A stretch of DNA of 64,000 nucleotides from an uncultured Acidobacteriaceae bacterium (GTDB lineage: Bacteria; Acidobacteriota; Terriglobia; Terriglobales; Acidobacteriaceae), in contig CAXUNH010000001.1 of assembly GCA_964252405.1 (NCBI GenBank), positions 566 to 64,565 on the forward strand. Reading direction: 5' to 3'. The translations under genes and the position numbers were made by a program. Positions 1 to 10,582 of this stretch are shown here, one piece after another. Every line of letters begins with the position of its first letter. The stretch's first letter is position 1. The notes under the pieces are model-generated. The model was given only the letters and a program-made list of their open reading frames with translations. It made no database searches and was not told the origin of the DNA.

Positions 1-1
1 A

Positions 2-52
2 GTGCGCAAGGTTGGGAAGCCGCTCACGTCCACCGGCACAACGCCGCAGTAA
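2..52 (+). CDS. 3' end of an upstream gene (partial, ...VRKVGKPLTSTGTTPQ*)
   Basis: Open frame from the window edge to TAA at 50-52, followed by an inverted repeat. Confidence 0.35.
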   Translation: MRKVGKPLTSTGTTPQ

Positions 53-68
53 ACACCGGGAACAAGGC

Positions 69-115
69 CCCTCCGGAGTTTGTTAAAGTTGGCGGTAACC
101 GACTCCTCCGGAGGG
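69..115 (+). terminator. Inverted repeat CCCTCCGGAG...CTCCGGAGGG, possible terminator hairpin
   Basis: 10-bp perfect inverted repeat just after the stop of the partial upstream ORF; no clear U-tract. Confidence 0.35.
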
Positions 116-121
116 TCTCCC

Positions 122-2293
122 TTGCTGTCCCAACCGCGCCTAAACGGTTTCAGCTTCCGCCTGCGTTCTTTTTCCCATGCTGCTTTGCTTCCGTTGACCG
201 TCATCGCATGCTCGGTGGTGCCGCCACATTTGCAGGCGCAGGGGGCAGCTCCCGGAACCGAGGCAAGCGACAAGTACGTCTGGCTGGAAGATGTCTCCGG
301 TCCGCGCTCCATGGAGTGGGTCAACGCTGAAAACGCAAAGACTGCGGCAGTGCTCGAAGCCGATCCCCACTACAAGCCTTTTCTAGCGGATGCATTGAAG
401 GTGGACGAGGATCCTCGCCGGCTGCCACTGCCAACCCTGCGCGGAGACAATGTGTACAACACGTGGCGCGACAAGGATCATCCGCGCGGGCTCTTCCGCA
501 GGACCACAGTGCAGGACTATACGACAGCCGACCCGCACTGGGGGACGGTGATTGACTTCGACGCGCTGGGCAAGGCCGAGCACGTGGGCTGGGTTCCCAA
601 AGGACAAAGCTGCCTCTACCCGGGCGATCAGTATTGCACCGTGTCCATCTCCGCCGGCGGGGAAGACGCGACCACCGAGCGCGAGTTCAACCTGAAGACG
701 GCCCAATTCGTGGCCGATGGATTCACGCTACCGCACAGCAAGCAAGGCGTGAGCTGGAAGGACAAGGACACGCTGCTGGTCGATCGCGACTGGGGTCCCG
801 GCACGATGACCACTTCCGGGTACCCGTTCATCGTGAAACAGTGGAAGCGCGGAACGCCGCTGGACAGCGCGACCGAACTCTTCCGCGGGCAGGCCTCCGA
901 CCAGACCGGCTCCTCAGCCCGCGTGCTGCATGATGCACAAGGCCATCAGCTAGTCACGTTCACCCGCGGGGTGACATTTTTCGAGTTCCAGAACTTTGTG
1001 CAGACGCCACGTGGTGTGGAACGGCTCGCCATCCCGGCAAAGGCCGCGCTTGCCGGGATGGTGGACGGCCGCTTGCTGATTCAAATACGCGAAGACTGGA
1101 AACCCGAGGGCAGTAGCCGGACCTTTGCACCAGGCTCATTGCTGGAGCTTCGCGTTGCCGACGTATTAAAGGATCCAGCGCACCCCAAACCGGCCATTGT
1201 GTTTGCCCCAACCAGTCGCGAGTTCCTTGCAGGCGTATCGCACACCAGCTCACACGTGATCCTGACCACGCTGGAGAACGTGCAGGGCCGCGCCTACATC
1301 TACACGCCGTCCGCAAACGGGTGGAGCAGGCAACGGCTCAGCCTGCCTGAGAACATCGCGGTTCATGTCGCTTCCGCAAGCGAGACGGACGACCGATTTT
1401 TCCTTGACATCACCGGCTTTCTTACACCGTCAACGCTGTATTTCGGCGATGCTGCAAATGGAACAATCTTCGGAGCAAAGAGTGAGCCGCCACGTTTTGA
1501 CGCGTCGGGGGACACAGTGGATCAGTTCGAGGCGACGAGCAAGGACGGCACCAAGATTCCCTACTTCGTCGTGCATCCCAGGAACTGGAAGTTGGACGGC
1601 TCCAATCCAACGCTGCTGACCGCCTATGGCGGCTTTGAGGTCGCGGAGCTACCGAGCTACTCGGCGGAACTAGGTAAGCTGTGGCTGGAGAAGGGGCATG
1701 TGTTTGTGCTCGCAAACATTCGTGGTGGCGGCGAGTTTGGCCCCGCCTGGCATGAGGCCGGCCTGAAGACGCATCGTCAGCGCATCTACGACGACTTCGC
1801 CGCAGTTGGGCAGGACCTGATCGCACGCAGGATCACCTCCACGCCGCACCTCGGCATTCAGGGCGGGTCCAACGGCGGCCTGCTGATGGGCGTCGAGATG
1901 ACGCAGCATCCGGACCTGTGGCACGCCATTGTGATCCAGGTTCCGCTGCTGGACATGCTGCGCTTTGAGCACATCGCCGCCGGTGCAAGCTGGGTGGGCG
2001 AGTACGGCTCGGTCAGCAATCCGGACGAGCGCACTTTTCTGGCCGGGATCTCGCCGTACAACCAGCTCAAACCCGGCGTGAACTACCCCACGCCCCTCAT
2101 CTTCACGACGACCAAGGACGATCGCGTAGGCCCGCAGCACGCCCGCAAGTTCGCCGCGAAGATGGAGGAGTATCACGAGCCGTTCTTCTACGACGAGATT
2201 ACCGAGGGCGGTCACGGCGCGGGCGCCAGCATCCAGCAGGAGGCTCGCACGCGTGCCATTACCTTCACCTATCTCGCGCGGCAGTTGGAGTAG
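122..2293 (+). CDS. Prolyl oligopeptidase family (S9A) serine peptidase, secreted; start uncertain
   Basis: D-x-Y-x-WLED N-terminus, [13 protein letters not shown], catalytic GGSNGG, DDRV, EGGH; signal-peptide-like N-terminus. Confidence 0.93.
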   Translation: MLSQPRLNGFSFRLRSFSHAALLPLTVIACSVVPPHLQAQGAAPGTEASDKYVWLEDVSGPRSMEWVNAENAKTAAVLEADPHYKPFLADALKVDEDPRRLPLPTLRGDNVYNTWRDKDHPRGLFRRTTVQDYTTADPHWGTVIDFDALGKAEHVGWVPKGQSCLYPGDQYCTVSISAGGEDATTEREFNLKTAQFVADGFTLPHSKQGVSWKDKDTLLVDRDWGPGTMTTSGYPFIVKQWKRGTPLDSATELFRGQASDQTGSSARVLHDAQGHQLVTFTRGVTFFEFQNFVQTPRGVERLAIPAKAALAGMVDGRLLIQIREDWKPEGSSRTFAPGSLLELRVADVLKDPAHPKPAIVFAPTSREFLAGVSHTSSHVILTTLENVQGRAYIYTPSANGWSRQRLSLPENIAVHVASASETDDRFFLDITGFLTPSTLYFGDAANGTIFGAKSEPPRFDASGDTVDQFEATSKDGTKIPYFVVHPRNWKLDGSNPTLLTAYGGFEVAELPSYSAELGKLWLEKGHVFVLANIRGGGEFGPAWHEAGLKTHRQRIYDDFAAVGQDLIARRITSTPHLGIQGGSNGGLLMGVEMTQHPDLWHAIVIQVPLLDMLRFEHIAAGASWVGEYGSVSNPDERTFLAGISPYNQLKPGVNYPTPLIFTTTKDDRVGPQHARKFAAKMEEYHEPFFYDEITEGGHGAGASIQQEARTRAITFTYLARQLE

Positions 2294-2339
2294 CTGCAAC
2301 GCTACGTCCCGGTCTGCGGGGATATACTTCGGTGTGTCC

Positions 2340-2984
2340 ATGAAGAAGTCCCCACAGCGCGCGGCGGTAGCTTCGCGCAAACTCAGAAGCGCTTTCCAAA
2401 CAGCCCACCCCCTTGACCTGGCCCAGGGCCGCCGTGTGCGTTCCACCACGGTGCTCTGCGTGCGGCGCGGCGACCAGGTCGTCATGGCCGCCGATGGCCA
2501 GGTAACGCTCGGCGCCACCGTCATGAAGAGCTCCGCACGCAAACTGCGCAGGCTGGGCAATGACAAGGTCCTGGCCGGCTTTGCGGGATCTACCGCGGAC
2601 GCCTTCGCGCTGCTGACGCGTTTCGAAGCGAAGCTGGAGCAGTACAGTGGGCAGCTTGGGCGTGCGGCTGTAGAACTGGCGAAAGACTGGCGCACCGACA
2701 AGCTGCTGCGACAACTCGAAGCGCTGCTGATCATCGCCGACGCGCAACACATCTACGTGCTCTCCGGTGACGGCGACGTCATCGAACCCGACCCGGTCGC
2801 GGATGGCGTGATTGCCACCATCGGCTCCGGGGGCACCTATGCGATGGCGGCCGCAACCGCGCTGCTGGAGAATACGCAGCTGACCGCGCGTGAGGTCGTA
2901 GAGCGTTCCATGAAGATCGCCGGAGACATCTGCATCTACTCGAATCAGTCAATCGTGGTGGAAGAACTCAAGGCGGGTGCCTGA
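2340..2984 (+). CDS. hslV: ATP-dependent protease peptidase subunit HslV
   Basis: [38 protein letters not shown]; adjacent to hslU. Alternative starts GTG 2334 or 2436. Confidence 0.96.
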   Translation: MKKSPQRAAVASRKLRSAFQTAHPLDLAQGRRVRSTTVLCVRRGDQVVMAADGQVTLGATVMKSSARKLRRLGNDKVLAGFAGSTADAFALLTRFEAKLEQYSGQLGRAAVELAKDWRTDKLLRQLEALLIIADAQHIYVLSGDGDVIEPDPVADGVIATIGSGGTYAMAAATALLENTQLTAREVVERSMKIAGDICIYSNQSIVVEELKAGA

Positions 2985-4576
2985 TGGCAATTTATCTTCC
3001 CGGCACCGCCGAAGACCAACCGCTTTCGCTCGACGAGATGACCCCGCGCGAGATCGTCGCGGAGCTCGACAAGTACGTGGTGGGTCAGGATGCGGCCAAG
3101 CGGGCCGTGGCCGTGGCTCTGCGGAATCGCACCCGGCGGCAGCGGCTCACTCCTGATCTCGCCGAAGAGGTGATGCCGAAGAACATCCTGATGATCGGCT
3201 CCACGGGCGTCGGCAAGACCGAAATCGCGCGCCGCCTGGCCAAGCTGACGCGGTCGCCGTTCCTTAAGGTGGAGGCCTCCAAGTTCACTGAGGTCGGCTA
3301 TGTTGGCCGGGACGTGGAATCCATGGTGCGAGACCTTGTGGAGATCGCGATCGATGAGGTGCGTGAGGAAAAGCTTGAAGAGATTGAGGACCGCGCCGAG
3401 GCATCGGCCGAAGATCGCCTGCTCGATCTGCTGCTAGTACAGGGCAACACCGCGGCGCCGGCGATCGAGATGCGTCCGCGCCCTGACAGCAGCCTTCCGC
3501 AAGGCACAGAGCAAGGCGTTCCGCCGCGAGAGCACCTCAGCCCGGAGTCGCTGACACCGAACGGCGAGCCCGTCAACCTGATCGTGCTGACCAAGGACGA
3601 CACCGAACGTCAACGTGACCGTGAGCGCCTGCGGCAGCAGTTCCGCGAGGGCCGCCTGGACGACCGCATGGTGGAGTTGGAGACACGCGATCGCGCTCAG
3701 CCCACCGTAGAGGTCATCTCCAACGGACAGGATGAATCTGAAGCGTCCGGCATCAAGGACATGCTCACCAACATGCTCGGCGGGCGCACGCGCAAACGGC
3801 CCATGAAGGTCGTCGACGCATTCGATTACCTGGTGCAGGAAGAAGAGGCGCGCCTGCTGGACATGGACGCGATCACACGTACAGCCGTTGAGCGCGTGGA
3901 AGATGCAGGCATTGTGTTTCTCGATGAAATCGACAAGATCGCCGGCCGCGAAGGCGGGCACGGCCCCGACATCAGCCGCGAAGGCGTGCAACGCGACATC
4001 CTGCCCATTGTGGAAGGCACCACGGTCAACACGAAGTACGGTTTTGTCGCCACGGATCACATCTTGTTCATCGCCGCGGGCGCATTCCACGTCTCCAAAC
4101 CAAGCGATCTGATTCCCGAACTGCAAGGCCGCTTTCCGATTCGTGTCGAACTCAAGCCCCTCACCGTCGATGATTTCCTGCGCATTCTCACCGAGCCGCG
4201 CGCATCGTTGGTGAAGCAGTCCGTAGCATTGCTGGAGACCGAAGGGCTTGCGCTTGAGTTCACGCCGGAAGCCCTGTCGGAGATGGCTCGTTTTGCTTTC
4301 GAGGTCAACGAGACGACTGAAAATATCGGCGCGCGGCGGCTCCACACCATCATGGAACGCGTTCTCGATGAGATCAGCTTTCAAGCTCCGGACCTTGTAA
4401 AAGCTGCAAGGCAGAGCGAGCAGGGCACACCTTTCAGTCTAGACAAGGTCCCGGTTCTCGCTCCGCGCCCTCACGGGAACGGTGCGGAGTTCACGCTGAC
4501 GGTAGACAAGGCCTATGTGCAGCAACAAGTAGCGTCCATCGTGCAAAACCAGGATCTCAGCCGGTACATCCTCTAA
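2984..4576 (+). CDS. hslU: ATP-dependent protease ATPase subunit HslU
   Basis: [10 protein letters not shown], Walker [47 protein letters not shown]. Confidence 0.97.
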   Translation: MAIYLPGTAEDQPLSLDEMTPREIVAELDKYVVGQDAAKRAVAVALRNRTRRQRLTPDLAEEVMPKNILMIGSTGVGKTEIARRLAKLTRSPFLKVEASKFTEVGYVGRDVESMVRDLVEIAIDEVREEKLEEIEDRAEASAEDRLLDLLLVQGNTAAPAIEMRPRPDSSLPQGTEQGVPPREHLSPESLTPNGEPVNLIVLTKDDTERQRDRERLRQQFREGRLDDRMVELETRDRAQPTVEVISNGQDESEASGIKDMLTNMLGGRTRKRPMKVVDAFDYLVQEEEARLLDMDAITRTAVERVEDAGIVFLDEIDKIAGREGGHGPDISREGVQRDILPIVEGTTVNTKYGFVATDHILFIAAGAFHVSKPSDLIPELQGRFPIRVELKPLTVDDFLRILTEPRASLVKQSVALLETEGLALEFTPEALSEMARFAFEVNETTENIGARRLHTIMERVLDEISFQAPDLVKAARQSEQGTPFSLDKVPVLAPRPHGNGAEFTLTVDKAYVQQQVASIVQNQDLSRYIL

Positions 4577-4636
4577 GCGTCTCGGGCAATCTCCTAGCTG
4601 ACCTATACTGAACGCAACGTCTGCCGGGAGCTCGCA

Positions 4637-6472
4637 TTGATTCGCACAATCGGCCGCAAACTGCTATGGGCCTATGCGCTCCTCATGATCGTCGCAGCCT
4701 TCGGCTATGCCCGCTTTGACGGCTACATGATGGACGGTGATGGCACCGCCTTCCTCGACATTGCACAGGATCTGAACACCCATCACGCTGCGCTCGCCAT
4801 CAATGGCTACTGGAACCCGGGCTACCCCGTCGTGCTCGCCCTCGCGCAAAGAGTGGCGCATCCGACGCTTTGGCGCGAGCTGGCCGTTGTTCGCCTGACC
4901 AACGTTGCGATCTTCGTGGCGACGATGGCGGCATGCCTCTTCTTCACGACCGGTCTCACCCGAAACCGCGCTCGAACGCCCACGGCAAACGACGACTTCA
5001 GCGTGCCGCCAGGGGCAGTTCATCTGCTCGGCCTGGCGCTCCTTGTGCTCAGCATGGGGCGCGAATTACCCATCGCCGCGCCGCGCGCCGACACACTGCT
5101 GCTCGCCTTCCTGCTGCTCGCCGGCGGATGCCTGCTGCGGATTCTCGAGGGCGCCGCCCTGCTTCTTTACGCAGGTCTCGGCTTTGCCCTCGGTTTGGCC
5201 TACCTGACCAAGTCGTTCGCCTTCTTGCCATCCGTTGCGCTGCTCGCCGCGCTGTTCGTGCGCGGCATCCGGAGGACTGCCGCCACCCGGACCCGTGCGC
5301 TTGCGGGTACGGTGCTTGCGGCGGCTCTGTTCGCCTGCACTGCGGGTCCTTATGTGCTGGCCGTCACGCGGCAGGCGGGCCGCTTCACCACCGGTGAATC
5401 CGCACGGCTGAACTACGCCTTCTTCATCGACATGACTCCACGCTGGCACGAGTGGTTTCACCACGATCTTGGCCACGCGGGCGGACACTTCGTCCATCCG
5501 GAGACCGTGCTTAACACGCAGCCTCCGGTCTTCAGCTACGCGGCTCACCCCCAGGGCACGTTTCCGCTTTGGTTCGATCCAGGCTGGTGGACCGCCGGCC
5601 TGAAACCCCACATCTGGTTCAAGGGCCACCTCTTCCGCTTCGCCCGAAACATTGTCGTGTTCTTTCGCTATCTATTGGGCCGGCCTGAGATCTTCGTCCT
5701 CCTTGGCACACTGCTCGCGTTCGGTTCTGCGCTGCCGCGTTTCCGTACGCCGCGGACGGAACGGCAGCAGCCCCCGTGGTGGGCCCTCGCGCCCATGGCG
5801 TGGGGCTCGCTGATGTTCCTGATCTATCTGCCTATCGATCTTCAGGATCGATACCTGACCGGACCGCTCCTGCTGATTGCCCTGCCCCTCTTTGCCGCAC
5901 TGCGGCTTCGCAGGTCTTCGGAAACCTTCAAAGCCGAAGCGAACTCCGCTGGCCGGCACGCGTTTGTGCCCCTGCTTTCCAGCGCGCTGATTCTGCTGTT
6001 CGCAGGCATCCTTCTGCTGCAATCGGCAACCTACCTTGCCGATCGACGCCGTCACACGCCCCCAGCCGAGCAACACCACCCCGGCTTCGATCCGCAGGTC
6101 TTCACCGCAGCGGCCGCCCTCGATCGTCTCGGTCTCGCGCCGGGCGACAAGGTCGCGTGCATGGGCGATCTGGCCTGCTACACCGATTTCTACTGGGCCC
6201 GTCTTGCCGGAACACAGATTCTGGGCGAGGTGGAAACGCCCGGTGAGGCAAACCCCGTGAACGTTTGGAACAGCGTTCCCGACAAACATGCCGTCACCGA
6301 TCCGCTCGCCAGGATGGGTCTGCGCTACATTGTCAGCCTGTTTCCGAACTCGGCCAGAAAGCCTGATAGGTGGATCCAACTCGGGGCCAGCAACTTCTTC
6401 GCCTACCCGTTGCAGGCGCCGGTGGATGCGTCAACCGCCTCGACCATCGCTGCCTTCAGCCCCGCGCCGTAG
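4637..6472 (+). CDS. Polytopic membrane protein, probable GT-C/PMT-like glycosyltransferase
   Basis: Many TM segments; acidic first loop (DGDG..D), YWNPGYP, D-T-L-L and YLTK patterns typical of GT-C-like proteins. Confidence 0.6.
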   Translation: MIRTIGRKLLWAYALLMIVAAFGYARFDGYMMDGDGTAFLDIAQDLNTHHAALAINGYWNPGYPVVLALAQRVAHPTLWRELAVVRLTNVAIFVATMAACLFFTTGLTRNRARTPTANDDFSVPPGAVHLLGLALLVLSMGRELPIAAPRADTLLLAFLLLAGGCLLRILEGAALLLYAGLGFALGLAYLTKSFAFLPSVALLAALFVRGIRRTAATRTRALAGTVLAAALFACTAGPYVLAVTRQAGRFTTGESARLNYAFFIDMTPRWHEWFHHDLGHAGGHFVHPETVLNTQPPVFSYAAHPQGTFPLWFDPGWWTAGLKPHIWFKGHLFRFARNIVVFFRYLLGRPEIFVLLGTLLAFGSALPRFRTPRTERQQPPWWALAPMAWGSLMFLIYLPIDLQDRYLTGPLLLIALPLFAALRLRRSSETFKAEANSAGRHAFVPLLSSALILLFAGILLLQSATYLADRRRHTPPAEQHHPGFDPQVFTAAAALDRLGLAPGDKVACMGDLACYTDFYWARLAGTQILGEVETPGEANPVNVWNSVPDKHAVTDPLARMGLRYIVSLFPNSARKPDRWIQLGASNFFAYPLQAPVDASTASTIAAFSPAP

Positions 6473-6490
6473 CGGACAGAGAGCTGCCCC

Positions 6491-8083
6491 TCAATGCGGG
6501 CACGTGCCCTGCTGCACAAAGGTGTGGCCTACCGCCAGGGCCGCATCCACGGTTGCGTTCACAGCGCACGGCAGATACATCATCACGGGCTGATCGCCGG
6601 TACCGGGCATCGGCGCACCGGGCGCGAAGGCTTGCAGCGGATACGCCCGCTTGAACTCCGGTCCGTCAAACAACCATTTCGGGCTGTAGGTCTCGGGCAC
6701 GCGGTCGAGGATGATGGCCGTAAAGCGGTGATCGCGAATCGCTCTCTGCACTTCGTCAACGGAGGGCGCATCCGGTCGCCCCAGCACGGCGTCAAACGCG
6801 TCCATCTCTGCGTGCATGCCCTTGCCTGCGAGGATGCCGTCGTAGCTGTGATTTACGAGCCAGACATCGCCGGGCGTGGCGCGAAGGTGGTCAATAAAGT
6901 CCCATCGCAGGCGGGCAACATCCCCTGACATCGCAAAGGCTCCAGGCCGGTACAGATGGGTGGCGATCTGCGCGAAGGCAACCATCCAGATCATCGTCGG
7001 CCAGGCCAGTTGGAGTGTGCTGAACCGGTCGTTCGACGCCCCGGTGAAAGGCGCTTCGAAGGCCGCCGTGAGACGGGCCAGCGCCAAACCAAACAGCAGA
7101 CACAACCAGGCGTATACCGGCATCAACGTGTTGTAGTACGAACCGACATGCGCGCGGGCGAACCAGATTCCCATCACGATCAGAGCCGTGAGGTAGCCGT
7201 AGAAAGCACCGCGCCGGCTACGCCAGGACACCGGTCTCAAGACAGCCGCAAAGACGATGAGCGCCAGGGCCAGGGCGAGCGGCTGCACCAGGTCATACGG
7301 AACGTAGGTCTTCGCGTAGAAGGGCGAAAGACCAAGCTCCTTGACCGAACCGAAGACGTAGTAGCTGTACCAGTGTCCGGTGATGTGGTTGAACCACCAG
7401 ATGCTGCCATAGACCATCAGCGCAAAGGATCCCACACCCAACAGCAGGCGCTTCGGGCGTTGCCAGTCCACCAGGAATGCGAGCAGGGCCAGCGGCAGAA
7501 AGCTCTGCTTGGTCTGAAACGCCAGGACCCACACAACGGCGGCCACCACCGGCGAGGAGAAGCGCATGCAATAGATCGCCAACAGAAAGAAGAAGAGCGA
7601 CAGTGAGTCGACGCGGCCGATGTCATACCAGGAGAGCACCAGGCTGTAGAGCATCGCGAACAGACCGGCACTTGCCAGCGCTGCGGTGCGGTTGCGGGTC
7701 TCGCGGTACGTCATTGCGGCCAGCACAGCACAACTGCCGAGCGTGGCCAGGATCGACACCGCGCGCAGCGCAGCATAGCCCACTCCCAGCACCCTGGTCA
7801 TGGCAGCGGAGAAATAAAAGAACAACGGTGAGTAAAGAAACGGGGCCCATTCCAACGAGGGCCGCGCGTAAATCGGCATGCGGTGTGCCACCCGCCAGAC
7901 CGTGGTCATCATGGCGGATTCCATGCGGTCCAGTTCAAAGGGATACCGCAGCCGCTTCAAAGCGACTGCCAGAAACATAAGCACAGCAAGCACCGAGATC
8001 GCTGCTGTCGCGAGCTTTTGCCAACGCAGGAACCTTCGCCAACGGTCCGCTTCCGCGTGGAATACTGAATCTGTTTCCTGCAA
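6491..8083 (-). CDS. Glycosyltransferase family 39 (ArnT/PMT-like) membrane protein; start uncertain
   Basis: YPFELDRME, YSPLF, GRVD, QTKQ motifs and multiple TM helices; ORF track 5' extension overlaps the divergent gene and is trimmed. Confidence 0.7.
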   Translation of the reverse strand: MQETDSVFHAEADRWRRFLRWQKLATAAISVLAVLMFLAVALKRLRYPFELDRMESAMMTTVWRVAHRMPIYARPSLEWAPFLYSPLFFYFSAAMTRVLGVGYAALRAVSILATLGSCAVLAAMTYRETRNRTAALASAGLFAMLYSLVLSWYDIGRVDSLSLFFFLLAIYCMRFSSPVVAAVVWVLAFQTKQSFLPLALLAFLVDWQRPKRLLLGVGSFALMVYGSIWWFNHITGHWYSYYVFGSVKELGLSPFYAKTYVPYDLVQPLALALALIVFAAVLRPVSWRSRRGAFYGYLTALIVMGIWFARAHVGSYYNTLMPVYAWLCLLFGLALARLTAAFEAPFTGASNDRFSTLQLAWPTMIWMVAFAQIATHLYRPGAFAMSGDVARLRWDFIDHLRATPGDVWLVNHSYDGILAGKGMHAEMDAFDAVLGRPDAPSVDEVQRAIRDHRFTAIILDRVPETYSPKWLFDGPEFKRAYPLQAFAPGAPMPGTGDQPVMMYLPCAVNATVDAALAVGHTFVQQGTCPH

Positions 8084-8207
8084 GCCTGACCTGCTTGGGC
8101 AAAGCGCCGGGTGGAGTATCAGGCCCAGTATAGAAGGAGCGGCGAACAGAGTGACGAACCAAGGGGAGGCACTCACGCTCTCGCCGGAGCCGACTGGCGC
8201 ACGCAGG

Positions 8208-9398
8208 ATGACCCGCTTCGCGCATATCTTCATCCTCGCCATTGCTGGATGGCTGCTCGTTCTGGGGCTGTTCAATCTCCTGCACCCAAGTGACTGGGCG
8301 ATGGGCGACTGGCTGATCAACTACTCGGGCGGATTCGTGCGCCGCGGCTTGGTTGGGCAGTGTGCGTCCTTGCTGCGAAACCTCCACGTACCGCCTTTAT
8401 GGACCGTGCTCCTGGTGCAGTGGGCGCTGTACGCGGTCGTGCTGAGCGCGGTGTGGCGACTGGCAACCTCTGTCTGTTGGAACTGGTGGACGGCCGCGTT
8501 CTTCTTTTCGCCGGCGACACTGGCGTTCGTGCTGCTGGATCCGCCGTTCGCGTTTCGCAAGGAGATCCTCCTCTTCGCCCTGCTGGCGTTTGCGCTGGAA
8601 CTCACACGCAACCAGCGCCAGAGCAGCACAGCGTTTACGCTGCGCGAAGGTGCGCTGCTCACCCTGGGATGTGTCGTCTGCCTCCTGGCGCATGAGGCGC
8701 TGATCGTGTTCTTCCCCTACCTGTTTGCCGCGCTGTACCTTCGCTCCCGCGACCTGCGCCGCAGCGTAGCGGCGTTTGCAGCACCAGCGGTAGTGAGTGT
8801 GGCACTCTTTGCCGTGGTGTCGCACTTTCCCGGCAATGCAGAGGTCGCGCGAGCGGTCTGCGCGTCCATTGGCGGCACCCTCACGGCACCACCCTCAGGC
8901 ATCTGCGGCGGGGCCATTGATTACCTTGCGCACGACGCGGCCTACGCACATCGCGAGGTCGTCCGAGCCATGCTGGCCGGCCGCTATTGGACGCGCCTGC
9001 CGTGGCTTTTCGTTTTACCGCTCCTGCCCGCCGCCATGGGTCTGTTTCAGCTTTGGCGCACGGACCGCCGCGCCGCCGGCGTGCTCCTGGGTTCAACCGC
9101 CCTCGCCTGGCTGCTTTCGATCTCGGTCTTCTTCTACGGCACGGACTGGACCCGGTGGATCTACATCCACAGCGTCTGCCTGATGATGCTCCTGCTGTTC
9201 ACGCAGCGACGACGCGCTCAGACCAGCACGAAGCCCGTCTCTACGCTCTTTGGGAAACAGGGCCCGAAGCGATGGCTCGTATGGGCTTCCCTGTTAATCT
9301 ACTGCCTCGGCTGGGAGCTCACGGTGTACGGCCAGCGGCCGCTGTATGGCAGCTTTGTGCGCTTCCTCACACACAACCTGGCCCGCGGACACCAGTAA
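8208..9398 (+). CDS. Polytopic membrane protein of unknown function (possible GT-C fold)
   Basis: DWLINYSGGFVRRGL, RKE, HEA, DWTRW conserved-looking motifs; about 10 hydrophobic segments. Confidence 0.65.
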   Translation: MTRFAHIFILAIAGWLLVLGLFNLLHPSDWAMGDWLINYSGGFVRRGLVGQCASLLRNLHVPPLWTVLLVQWALYAVVLSAVWRLATSVCWNWWTAAFFFSPATLAFVLLDPPFAFRKEILLFALLAFALELTRNQRQSSTAFTLREGALLTLGCVVCLLAHEALIVFFPYLFAALYLRSRDLRRSVAAFAAPAVVSVALFAVVSHFPGNAEVARAVCASIGGTLTAPPSGICGGAIDYLAHDAAYAHREVVRAMLAGRYWTRLPWLFVLPLLPAAMGLFQLWRTDRRAAGVLLGSTALAWLLSISVFFYGTDWTRWIYIHSVCLMMLLLFTQRRRAQTSTKPVSTLFGKQGPKRWLVWASLLIYCLGWELTVYGQRPLYGSFVRFLTHNLARGHQ

Positions 9399-9447
9399 CC
9401 TTCGCTACGGGAACCGCGGGCCAGATTCTGCATTCGTGGGTCGGCTC

Positions 9448-10434
9448 CTACGCCGGTGTAAGCTCCGAGACCCGTTTCGCAAGAAGCTCTTCCAGGTTCT
9501 CCAGCGCCTCGGAGAAGCCCTCGATCCCTTCCTTCAGCTTGTCATGCGCCATGCGATTCTCGGCGTGCATCTTCTCGAACGTCGCCTGGTCCATGTGCAT
9601 TTTTTGGACCGGATCCGCGGCCGAGGTAGCCGGATCGAGCTTGCGCTCCAGAGTCCCCTCTTTATCCTGCAGTTCCTTCAGCAGCTTTGGCGAGATCGTC
9701 AGGAGGTCGCATCCCGCAAGCTGCTCGATTTCACCGATGTTGCGGAAGCTGGCCCCCATGATCTGCGTCTTGTAGCCGAACTTCTTGTAGTAGTGGTAGA
9801 TCTCCGTGACGGAGTGGACGCCAGGATCCTCTTCCGGCGCATACTCCTCTGTCCCGGTGTCCTTTTTGTACCAATCGAGGATGCGGCCTACAAACGGCGA
9901 GATGAGCGTCACCTGCGCCTCAGCGCAAGCAATGGCCTGGTGCAGCCCGAACAGCAGAGTAAGGTTGCAGTGAATCCCTTCTTTCTCGAGATCTCCCGCA
10001 GCCTGAATGCCTTCCCACGTCGAGGCGATCTTCACCAGCACACGATCCCGGCCAATCCCGGCCTGATCGTACTGATGGATGATGTCGCGCGCCTGCTCCT
10101 TCGTTTTCTCGCGATCGTAGCTGAGACGCGCGTCGACCTCGGTGGATACGCGCCCCGGAACGATCTCCAGGATCTTGCGTCCAAAGGCAACGGCCAGCGT
10201 CTTGAACGCCGCCGCGGCCACTTCCTTGTCATCAGCCTTGTCGCCCAACTTCTCCCGCGCCTGGGTCAGCACGTCGTCGACGATGGACTGATACTCCGGC
10301 ATGCCCGCCGCGGTAGCGATCAACGAGGGATTCGTCGTTGCATCTGTCGGCTTGAACTGCTTGATGGCGTTGATGTCGCCCGTGTCGGAGACGACCGTCG
10401 TCATTGTCTTGAGCTGATCGAGTAGGTTGGCCAT
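9448..10434 (-). CDS. tal: Transaldolase
   Basis: [52 protein letters not shown]; AGGAG RBS. Confidence 0.97.
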   Translation of the reverse strand: MANLLDQLKTMTTVVSDTGDINAIKQFKPTDATTNPSLIATAAGMPEYQSIVDDVLTQAREKLGDKADDKEVAAAAFKTLAVAFGRKILEIVPGRVSTEVDARLSYDREKTKEQARDIIHQYDQAGIGRDRVLVKIASTWEGIQAAGDLEKEGIHCNLTLLFGLHQAIACAEAQVTLISPFVGRILDWYKKDTGTEEYAPEEDPGVHSVTEIYHYYKKFGYKTQIMGASFRNIGEIEQLAGCDLLTISPKLLKELQDKEGTLERKLDPATSAADPVQKMHMDQATFEKMHAENRMAHDKLKEGIEGFSEALENLEELLAKRVSELTPA

Positions 10435-10582
10435 GGCATGCTCCTGCGTGGGCGCGCCGGTAGCCGGCGTCTAGGCTCACAATTATAGGATGCTTCGCGC
10501 AGGGAATCTGACGCGAAAGCGAAGACGCATTCAGGATTCGGCGCTCTTCCAGACTCCCTGCCCGAAAACCTGCACGGGGAGG

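Noticed and set aside
7878-8320. Apparent overlap of divergent ORFs 6491-8320 and 7878-9398
   Set aside because: Artefact of longest-ORF start choice; plausible starts at 8083 and 8208 remove the overlap
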